Positions 20,751 through 27,548 of a stretch of DNA of 27,548 nucleotides are shown here, one piece after another. Origin of the DNA: Gammaproteobacteria bacterium (GTDB lineage: Bacteria; Pseudomonadota; Gammaproteobacteria; QOAV01). The position numbers and the translations under genes are program-made. The notes beneath the pieces are model-generated. The model made no database searches and was not told the DNA's origin. It worked only from the letters and a program-made list of their open reading frames with translations. The stretch is taken from assembly GCA_027067235.1 (NCBI GenBank), contig JALXFQ010000067.1, positions 1 through 27,548 of the forward strand. The letters are read 5' to 3'. Each line of letters starts with the position of its first letter. Positions within the stretch are counted from its first letter, which is position 1.

Positions 20751-21308
20751 TTAAGCTCCTTTTGAGGTCGACTTGGCATTTGCCAGACTTTGAGGTTCGT
20801 AATAGCCACGCGCCATCCGGTACTGCCATTGGCGTGTGCCCCGGTAGCTGTCGGGCCAGCGCTGCTGGGCATGCCAATGCAGAATCTCATCGGCGAGTTG
20901 TATGGGGTCTGCCGTCTTGGCCAGCTGCATGATGGCGCGGCGCATGGTCTGATAGAAATCGTTAACGCTATTCGATGCCAGCAGACGTTGAAAACGCAGT
21001 TCGCTGAACAGCGGGCTGCCGTCATTAGTTTTGGTGCCGGGTTTGGGGCGCCCCAATAGTACGGCAGTCGGCTGGTCGCTGGGGTTTTCCACCCAGGCCA
21101 ACAGGCCGGCAATGAGCGCCAACCCTTCAGCATCACCCTTGGTTTTCTGGCACAACCGGAAATAGGCCGGCTCCAACATCACGGCATCGAGCTTGTCACA
21201 ACGGCGCAGGCGGGCGCGGTCACCACGGTGATTTTCGTCATGCAGTTCACTGTGCCATTCCCGGATGGCCTGCTGACGGTCTTCGTCTTTAAGTATGATG
21301 AAACACAT
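20751..21308 (-). CDS. cse2: Type I-E small subunit Cas11 (Cse2/CasB)
   Basis: W...RGDRARLRRC, FSELRFQRLL, RRAI, W...MARGYY; lies between cse1 and cas7. Confidence 0.9.
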   Translation of the reverse strand: MCFIILKDEDRQQAIREWHSELHDENHRGDRARLRRCDKLDAVMLEPAYFRLCQKTKGDAEGLALIAGLLAWVENPSDQPTAVLLGRPKPGTKTNDGSPLFSELRFQRLLASNSVNDFYQTMRRAIMQLAKTADPIQLADEILHWHAQQRWPDSYRGTRQWQYRMARGYYEPQSLANAKSTSKGA

Positions 21309-21320
21309 AAGCTACTCCAG

Positions 21321-22898
21321 TTAAGCCGCCAGGTTTTTCAGCGCGCGGCTGCCATTGAGATAGTGATTGAGCCCGCCCTTGCCATCGCGCGCCCTGACCA
21401 CGCGCTTGAGATCGCCACCTTCGCTCAGGCTGGACAGGGCGTACTGATCGAACAGTTTCCGGGCTTCGTCTTTCAGGGTGCCGGCCCACTTTTTTAACAA
21501 CGCGTCGATGGCGTCCTCGTCATCGAGTCGGTCAACCAGTTGCTGCAGCAAGTGGTAGAACGGCGCTTCTGTGGTGGACCAGAAGTTGGCGTCGATAAAG
21601 GACATGTCTCCCTTTGCGTCCTTCGGGCGATCGAACCAAGCGCTTTTCAAGGCGGACTTGAGGGTCTTGAGCGCATCGGTGGCGGCTTCGATCATTCTCT
21701 GTGCATACTCGGCAATGTCATCCCGCTCGTCTTGATCGAGATTGAACAGCGGCATTTCGGCTTCGTACCAGCAACGCGCCTTCATATTGTCCATGTCATA
21801 GCCGAATGCCCACAGGCGGGGGGCGAAATCCAGCTCGGGCATGCGGCGCTGCCGATCGTCATAACAACGCACGACCAGCGCGGGAGACCGGGTGAGCTTG
21901 CCTTGCTGGGCGGTGACCGCCAGCCCCAGCCAGTGGCGATACCCCAGGCCGCCCGGTTGCGCCTTGATGGAAAGGGGCTCCTTGTCCGCTTCGAGAACAT
22001 AAGGGGTCAAGGGGTGCTGCCAGTGGCCCGCGTAATTGATGCCGTAGTTTTTGGTGAGGTAACGATTCACCAGGCTGGAAGCGGCTTCACCGGTGAGGTC
22101 GCAGTGCCCCTCATGGTCCAATGGCAGCAGGCGCATGCGCCGGGGCATGGACCAATACACCTGCAAGGGGTGGGCGTGTTGAGGATAAGTTTCCATCCCC
22201 TTCTTTTCGCTGGTGCGGGTTAGAGCCAACCACGGGAAGATTTTTCCAATGGCGTCATTTTCATGGTCGCCGGGCGCTTGCACCAACTCGTCGCGGGTCA
22301 ACACATTGAGCCACAGACGCCGCCACAGGCAATCGCCCTCGCCGTTCTCCGGTGGCAGCACCAGCGTGGTCAGGGGTCCGCCGCCACGCACCGAAACGCG
22401 GTGGCCCACGCCCCCGGATGGTGCATTGATCTGCAGAGTGAACAGCGCCAGGGCGGCCATCTCCGGCGATAGTTTCTCGATGCCGCCGCGCTTGATGAAA
22501 TGATCCTGGTTGTCGCGCAGGGTTTTGCCGCCCGGCGCTTCGACGAACAAAGCGGCGATTTCTTTTTCTTCGCCCTCATCCAGTGTCAGATCCTGCATGA
22601 AGGCCGGTTCGCCGATGGCCGAGAAGATTTCGAAGGCCCGTTCGTAAGGGGCGAAGGCTTGATCCAGGGTTTCCGCATCGGGCGGTTCTCGCCACCAGCG
22701 CCGCCATTCCCTGAGGTTTTCCGGTGCGAATGCGGTCTGTAGCAGACCAATGAGGAACTGGTAGAGGGCGCCGCGAAAATCGGCGCGAGGGGCTGATATA
22801 TCAACAATATCCTCGCATCCCAAGTCTGAGACAGAAACAGCCTCGTGATTTCCGTCCCGCATGGAGACGTTAATCCATTTCAGTTTCAACAGGTTCAT
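21321..22898 (-). CDS. cse1: Type I-E large subunit Cas8e (Cse1/CasA)
   Basis: MNLL..WI, RADFRGALYQFLIGLLQ, QINAPSGGVGHRVSVRGGGPLTT, HPLTPY, GYDMDNMKARCW. ATG 22898 is 9 nt after GGAG (ORF track extends to 22937). Confidence 0.95.
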   Translation of the reverse strand: MNLLKLKWINVSMRDGNHEAVSVSDLGCEDIVDISAPRADFRGALYQFLIGLLQTAFAPENLREWRRWWREPPDAETLDQAFAPYERAFEIFSAIGEPAFMQDLTLDEGEEKEIAALFVEAPGGKTLRDNQDHFIKRGGIEKLSPEMAALALFTLQINAPSGGVGHRVSVRGGGPLTTLVLPPENGEGDCLWRRLWLNVLTRDELVQAPGDHENDAIGKIFPWLALTRTSEKKGMETYPQHAHPLQVYWSMPRRMRLLPLDHEGHCDLTGEAASSLVNRYLTKNYGINYAGHWQHPLTPYVLEADKEPLSIKAQPGGLGYRHWLGLAVTAQQGKLTRSPALVVRCYDDRQRRMPELDFAPRLWAFGYDMDNMKARCWYEAEMPLFNLDQDERDDIAEYAQRMIEAATDALKTLKSALKSAWFDRPKDAKGDMSFIDANFWSTTEAPFYHLLQQLVDRLDDEDAIDALLKKWAGTLKDEARKLFDQYALSSLSEGGDLKRVVRARDGKGGLNHYLNGSRALKNLAA

Positions 22899-23017
22899 CT
22901 GCATGATCTCCGGAGGATTTGTAATCGAATTCGACATGGAACCAACGACCCAATCGAAGCATGAATCGTATAAAAATATTGCGCATCACCAGTTCTCGAT
23001 ATATCATAAATGAGAGC

Positions 23018-23047
23018 ATGATAAAGTATAAACGGTTTGTGTATCAA
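23018..23047 (-). promoter_or_regulatory. Predicted sigma70 promoter of the cse1 (Cascade) operon
   Basis: TTGATA (23047-23042), 18-nt spacer, TATCAT (23023-23018). Confidence 0.55.
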
Positions 23048-23065
23048 GCGCAGTTCGTTTATCAT
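23037..23065 (+). promoter_or_regulatory. Predicted divergent promoter of the mini-array
   Basis: TTGTGT (23037-23042), 17-nt spacer, TATCAT (23060-23065); the implied start is about 23072, the first base of the repeat. Confidence 0.5.
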
Positions 23066-23071
23066 GCTCTT

Positions 23072-23149
23072 GAGTTCCCCACACTTGTGGGGATGAACCG
23101 GTATACACGGTTTGCGGAAACTACTCCCCACATTCGTGGGGCTGTGAGA
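23072..23149 (+). CRISPR. Antisense CRISPR mini-array, CreR/CreA-like regulatory crRNA candidate
   Basis: Repeat 1 GAGTTCCCCACACTTGTGGGGATGAACCG (23072-23100, 26/29 to the main repeat); 20-nt spacer GTATACACGGTTTGCGGAAA; degenerate repeat 2 (23121-23149) keeps the stem CCCCAC-ATTC-GTGGGG. Confidence 0.85.
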
Positions 23150-23157
23150 GGGGTAAT

Positions 23158-25866
23158 TCATCTTGCCCCTCTTATTTCAAGACCTGTTTCTGGCGAATAT
23201 TGGATTTCAACTTCCAGTCCCTTATCAGCAACTCCTTTGGCGAGCCAAACCCCTTCTTGCTCTACAAGAGGCACTATCAAGCTCATATCATCGAACAGTT
23301 TTTCGCTTTCCCTCAGCTCCTCCAGCGCCTGTTGCAGCGCCGGGTCATCCACCGGAGCCAGTTCCTGAAATTGATTGGCGTTGACCCGAAGGCTGGATAA
23401 ATCCCACGAATAACGGTCTTCGCGCGCCCAGGGTTCGAGCCGGCCGTCCTGCCAGCGGGCGAGGTAGATGGTCCGGCTTTCGTCACCGAGGCGGGTGGCG
23501 ACGCGGGCTTCCTCGTCCCAGAGTGGGCCACCCCGATAGCCACCTTCGAACCGCAGGCTGGCGAACCGACCGGCATCGCGCTCGGCATGGGTCTCGCCAT
23601 CGACCTCGGTCTTGGCGTCTATCAGTCCCGCCGGGATTGGGCCTTCATCGTCATAGACCGGCTCCAGCAGATCGCGGGCATCATCGGGCATTTTCCAACC
23701 ACCTTTTTCCGCCAGCAATCCGGCGGTACGCCACAGCACCAGGGTGTCGGGATAGACGTAGTGCGCTTTCGGGAATAGCGCCTTGTACCAGTCGGCTTCG
23801 GGTTCGTCGGTGAGCTGAGGGCTGAAAACATCGAGCACCGGCATTCCCCGCTCGCCCCGCTGGTGACGATGCAGCCTGCCGGCGCGCTGGATCAGCAGAT
23901 CGATGGGGGCGAGGTCGGAGATCATGCGGTCGAAGTCGAGGTCCAACGACTGTTCGACCACCTGGGTGGCGATAAGAACCCGCCCCCGGCGCTGCTCCGG
24001 CATGGAACCCTTGCCGAAACGTTTCAGCATGTCCTGTTCGATGCGCAGCCGGTCGGTCAGCGCGTAGCGGCTGTGGAACAAGTGCAGTTTGTCGTTTTCC
24101 AGCCAGTCGCTCTCTTGCAAGGCGCGCCAGGCTTCGCGGGCGTCATGAACAGTGTTGCGAATCCAGCAGATGCACTGGCCGTCCTCCACGGCGGCGCGGA
24201 TTTCTTCGAGGAGCACTATTTCATCATGGTGCAGACGCACGCCGACTTGTCGCGCCACCGAGGGGCGGGTGGCTACGGCTTGCTCCACGATGATGTCACT
24301 CGCGTTCGCCTGGGTGAGTAGCGGATAGTCTGTCGATTCCGGGGTGGCCTGTATTCCGCCCTGAAACGCGCCAACCAGGTCGGCTCGCTGTTTGCGGGTC
24401 AGCGTGGCGGAGAGCAGGATGACGCTGCCGCCAAGGGCGGCATGAAAGCCGATCAGGCGCTTGAGGGGTTCCGATGTGTAGGCATCGTAGGCGTGCACCT
24501 CGTCAAGGATCAGCACCTTGCCGACCAAACCGAGCAGGCGCAGGGATTGATGGCGGGCGGGCATGACGGCGAGCAGAGCCTGGTCGATGGTGCCAATGCC
24601 AACATCGGCGAGCAGCGCCTTTTTGCGGTTGTCCGCCAGCCAGCGGTTGCACTGGGCGACGATGCTTTCTTCGTCGCCATAACGCGGATCCCCGGTGTGT
24701 GCGGCCAGCAGGGATTGCCGGAACGATTCGGACGAGTGCCGGGCGCTGTGACTGAGGATCAGGCTGGGTTGCGGCTCGCCCGACTGATAGAGGCCTCGAT
24801 AGACCTTGCGCATGCGGTCATACATGGCGTTGGCGGTGGCCATGGTCGGCAAGCCGATATAGATGCCCTGCCCCTGTCCCGCCGCCATCAGCTGCGCGGC
24901 GAGGATCAGCGCCGCCTCGGTCTTGCCCGCGCCGGTGGCGTCTTCCAGGATGAACAACTGCGGCTTCGCCTTGATGGACAGATCGAGGCAGGCCTGTTGC
25001 AGGGGAGTCGGCGTTTCAAGGTAGTCGAACAGATCGCGGGGTTGTTCGAGAGGGCGGACGGGGCGCGGCAGGATGCCGGCAGCCGCCACGGCTTCCCGTG
25101 CCGCAGGCAGGGCATGCTTTTCCCAATATTCGGACAGAGGCATGGGCCGGTCACAATAGCGGAAACGTTCGCTGTCGGAACCCAGCCAGTCGGCCAGCAC
25201 GGCGATGCCCGCCAGCAGCCAGCTTGCCTGACATTGGCGCTCGGAAAAGGTCGAGTCTTCGAAATGCTGCGCCAGTCGTGAAAAGTCGGGTCGGATCAAT
25301 GCCTGCCATTCCCGGCAAAACAACAAGGCAGCCTGTTTGTCGAAATCCCTGAAATGCCGCTTGATCTTTTCGTTACGGCTGGAATTGTCGGGCGGCCAGC
25401 CATGATGGCCGGTCACAGCCGCAAGCCAGTAGTTCATGCCCTCGTCGATGAAGTCCTGCACATCTTCATCTTCGGAATCGAACAGTTCATTGCGCAGGAA
25501 TTGCTGCCATAACATCCAGCCGAGCGCGTCATGACGGATGCTGTAGTTGCGCTTGCGGATTTTTTCATCGGGCCAGAACTGCTGGCGCAGATCATGACGC
25601 AATTGTTGGAAGCTCTCGGCGAACTTGCCCAAGTCGTGCAGGCCAAGCAGAAAAACGCACCAAACTTTGGCTTCTTCGGGCGCAAGTCCTGTCGCCTCGG
25701 CCAGCCGGCCCAGGAGTTCCGGGTTTTCGTCGAGCAAGACGGCCGCCACCGCCGCCACATCCAGAGAGTGATAAGCCAGCATATGACATGACTTCTCAGT
25801 CGAATCATCAGGCTCGCCAGCCTTGCCCCAATACCGATAAATCGCTTCCGCCATCCCGACCTTCAT
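23158..25866 (-). CDS. cas3: Cas3 HD nuclease-helicase
   Basis: AYHSLDV and LHDLGK (HD), TGAGKTEAA, DEVH, LSAT, ATQVVEQSLDLD, QRAGRLHRH. Start may be ATG 25854. Confidence 0.97.
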   Translation of the reverse strand: MKVGMAEAIYRYWGKAGEPDDSTEKSCHMLAYHSLDVAAVAAVLLDENPELLGRLAEATGLAPEEAKVWCVFLLGLHDLGKFAESFQQLRHDLRQQFWPDEKIRKRNYSIRHDALGWMLWQQFLRNELFDSEDEDVQDFIDEGMNYWLAAVTGHHGWPPDNSSRNEKIKRHFRDFDKQAALLFCREWQALIRPDFSRLAQHFEDSTFSERQCQASWLLAGIAVLADWLGSDSERFRYCDRPMPLSEYWEKHALPAAREAVAAAGILPRPVRPLEQPRDLFDYLETPTPLQQACLDLSIKAKPQLFILEDATGAGKTEAALILAAQLMAAGQGQGIYIGLPTMATANAMYDRMRKVYRGLYQSGEPQPSLILSHSARHSSESFRQSLLAAHTGDPRYGDEESIVAQCNRWLADNRKKALLADVGIGTIDQALLAVMPARHQSLRLLGLVGKVLILDEVHAYDAYTSEPLKRLIGFHAALGGSVILLSATLTRKQRADLVGAFQGGIQATPESTDYPLLTQANASDIIVEQAVATRPSVARQVGVRLHHDEIVLLEEIRAAVEDGQCICWIRNTVHDAREAWRALQESDWLENDKLHLFHSRYALTDRLRIEQDMLKRFGKGSMPEQRRGRVLIATQVVEQSLDLDFDRMISDLAPIDLLIQRAGRLHRHQRGERGMPVLDVFSPQLTDEPEADWYKALFPKAHYVYPDTLVLWRTAGLLAEKGGWKMPDDARDLLEPVYDDEGPIPAGLIDAKTEVDGETHAERDAGRFASLRFEGGYRGGPLWDEEARVATRLGDESRTIYLARWQDGRLEPWAREDRYSWDLSSLRVNANQFQELAPVDDPALQQALEELRESEKLFDDMSLIVPLVEQEGVWLAKGVADKGLEVEIQYSPETGLEIRGAR

Positions 25867-25913
25867 TTAACCTGTGGAATCAGCTAATAGTAACAGAATC
25901 TTCCACCGCCAAT

Positions 25914-26510
25914 TCACGACTTGTACACAACATAACCCGGAAGTTGTGATTCGTCCCGCGCGCAGACGTCGAACGGGCCTTCGGAGAGCCAGCGTCGGCG
26001 GGTGTTTTCGCTGAGGAGGCGCGGGCGGGCGGCTTTTTCGGTGCTGTATTTGCCCAGATAGTCTTCCGCGTCCGGTTGCTGGTTTTCGGCGTCCGCCCAC
26101 TGCGGCAGGCCTTGCAGGGGGATAAGGATGGCGAAGCGCATCCGCTCCCACGGGTTGGCGGCGTCGATGCGGCGGGTGAGTCGGGCTTCGAGGGGGACGC
26201 CGGCGTCCATGAGCTGGGCGACGGCGGCGTTGTCGCGCATGGGAACGTAGCCGAGTTTGTGTTGTTTCCACCAGATTTCCACGGCGCGGCGGTCGTGGGG
26301 GTTGGTTTTGTCTCGCTTGAGGGTCAGCGGCGCGCCGGGCGGGATGTTTTTCCAGACGGTTTCGCCGTCGTAGTATTGAAACCCGGCGATGGCGGAGACT
26401 TGCAGCAGGGCGATGCGATGATCACCCCCGGTCTTTGCGCTGGCCTTGTTTGTGGTGATGCCAACCGCGCTTACGGCGGCAATTTGCTTGAGGAAATGAC
26501 GACGTTTCAT
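25914..26510 (-). CDS. HIRAN-domain protein with twin-arginine-like N-terminus
   Basis: IAGFQYY...LTLKRDKTNPHDRRAV...KLGYVP..DNAAVAQLMD HIRAN signature; MKRRHFLK...ASA N-terminus; GGGAG RBS. Confidence 0.85.
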   Translation of the reverse strand: MKRRHFLKQIAAVSAVGITTNKASAKTGGDHRIALLQVSAIAGFQYYDGETVWKNIPPGAPLTLKRDKTNPHDRRAVEIWWKQHKLGYVPMRDNAAVAQLMDAGVPLEARLTRRIDAANPWERMRFAILIPLQGLPQWADAENQQPDAEDYLGKYSTEKAARPRLLSENTRRRWLSEGPFDVCARDESQLPGYVVYKS

Positions 26511-26564
26511 GTTGGCGGCTCCCTGTCGTTGGTTTTCTAAGAACCAACACGATAGCGAAGCCGC

Positions 26565-26581
26565 GTATCATTCCCTGATAC
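26565..26581. promoter_or_regulatory. Inverted repeat, candidate WYL-regulator operator
   Basis: GTATCA-N5-TGATAC in the WYL-HIRAN gap, 10 bp upstream of a possible -10 box TATCGT (26554-26549). Confidence 0.4.
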
Positions 26582-26591
26582 TGCCAGATGA

Positions 26592-27548
26592 TTATTGGTA
26601 ATTTTTTTGCATCTGGCCCAGTTCGCGGCGAAGCGCCTCGCGCAGAACCGGCGGCGCCAGCACTTCCACATCCGCGCCGTATTTGAGGATGTCGCCAATC
26701 AGTTCCTCATGGCGGCGGTAGGGCAGGCGCAGTTCGTAGCCGCCGTCGTCCAGCCAGCGGCCGGTCTGCTCGGGATGCCAGGATTCGTTGGCCACCCAGC
26801 GGGCGCGGTGGGGGTTGAAACGCAGCACGGCGGTCTTGTCCGGCTCGCCGGCGAATATGCCGTAGGCGGTGGCGTAGTGGCGGTCGAGTTGTTCGTCGTC
26901 CATATCCAGCGCGGCCTCATCCAGCGCCTCGGCGGTTTCGATGCAATCCAGCGAGAACGTGCGCAGGGCCTCGCGCTGGTGGCACCAGGCGTCCAGATAC
27001 CAGTTGTCGCGGTAATGGGTCAGGCGCTGCGGTGAAAGCTCGCGCTGACTGGGTTGATCGGCGCTGCGGGCGTGGTAGGTGATGCGCAGGCGCTGGCGCT
27101 GCAGGACGGCGTGGGCGATACGCGGGAACCAGCGCGACTGTTCGCGCCGTCGCCCCATGGTCAGCAGCCGGATGCGGTTGAAATGCTGCCCGGCTCCGCC
27201 AATACGCTCCATCAGCTTGCGCAGCCGCCGCCGGAATGGCCGGGTTTCGGCGCGCACCAGCCCCGGCTCCAGATTGGACAACAGGCTGTCGGCCACCAGC
27301 AGGGCGTGGATTTCTTCCGGGTTGAGCCAGAGGCCGGGGACTTCCCGTTCGCCCGCGGCGCGGTCGATCACATAACCGTTATGCTCGCGGTCGTATTCCA
27401 CCGGCACGGAGAACGTATCACGCAGCGCGGCGATGGCGCGCTTGACGGTAACGCCCTTGCATTCCAGTTTTTGCTCAAGCTGTTGACGCGACACCGGATA
27501 CCGTCGGTTGGCCAACTCGCGATACAGAGTCATCACACGATCAAACTT
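26592..27548 (-). CDS. wHTH-WYL-WCX transcriptional regulator (5' end runs off the window)
   Basis: Frame is open to the edge (KFDRVMTLYR...); HTH VSRQQL..KLE...TVKRAI..LRD; WYL core SPQRLTHYRDNWYLDAWCH..EALRTFSLD; WCX tail ILKYGADVEVLAP. Confidence 0.92.
   Translation of the reverse strand, partial: KFDRVMTLYRELANRRYPVSRQQLEQKLECKGVTVKRAIAALRDTFSVPVEYDREHNGYVIDRAAGEREVPGLWLNPEEIHALLVADSLLSNLEPGLVRAETRPFRRRLRKLMERIGGAGQHFNRIRLLTMGRRREQSRWFPRIAHAVLQRQRLRITYHARSADQPSQRELSPQRLTHYRDNWYLDAWCHQREALRTFSLDCIETAEALDEAALDMDDEQLDRHYATAYGIFAGEPDKTAVLRFNPHRARWVANESWHPEQTGRWLDDGGYELRLPYRRHEELIGDILKYGADVEVLAPPVLREALRRELGQMQKNYQ

Noticed and set aside
22895-23384. ORF-track ORFs 22895-23161 (-), 22961-23368 (+) and 23163-23384 (+)
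   Set aside because: They overlap promoters, the mini-array or antisense cas3, with no recognisable domain or RBS.
26924-26965. WYL motif reads RTFSLDCI rather than RxFRxDRI, suggesting a dead sensor
   Set aside because: From memory, similar Arg-poor variants occur in this proteobacterial subfamily; loss of function cannot be claimed without an alignment. Coordinates approximate.

Overview
Gammaproteobacteria-like chromosomal window (taxon inferred from gene order only). 1-11.0 kb is conserved housekeeping DNA: hflX-hfq-miaA-mutL-amiB-tsaE (minus), queG, orn, a small c-type cytochrome, recR-ybaB-dnaX and SRP RNA (ffs). From 11.2 kb to the end is a type I-E CRISPR-Cas island on the minus strand: WYL regulator (cut by the window edge), HIRAN protein with a Tat-like N-terminus, cas3, cse1, cse2, cas7, cas5, cas6e, a HigBA-like toxin-antitoxin pair, cas1, cas2, leader, and an array of 84 repeats and 83 spacers (counted by hand). 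The strongest unexplained signal is in the cas3-cse1 gap. An antisense two-repeat mini-array carries a 20-nt spacer matching the predicted cse1 promoter about 75 bp away (13/14 nt, the only mismatch at position 6, AAA PAM). This looks like a CreR/CreA-like autoregulatory crRNA. Other signals: the TA module, with a palindromic operator candidate, is wedged directly before cas1-cas2; there is a candidate WYL operator; and five spacer pairs overlap or are homologous, revealing an AAG PAM and repeated targeting of one element family. All calls were made by eye, with no database searches.
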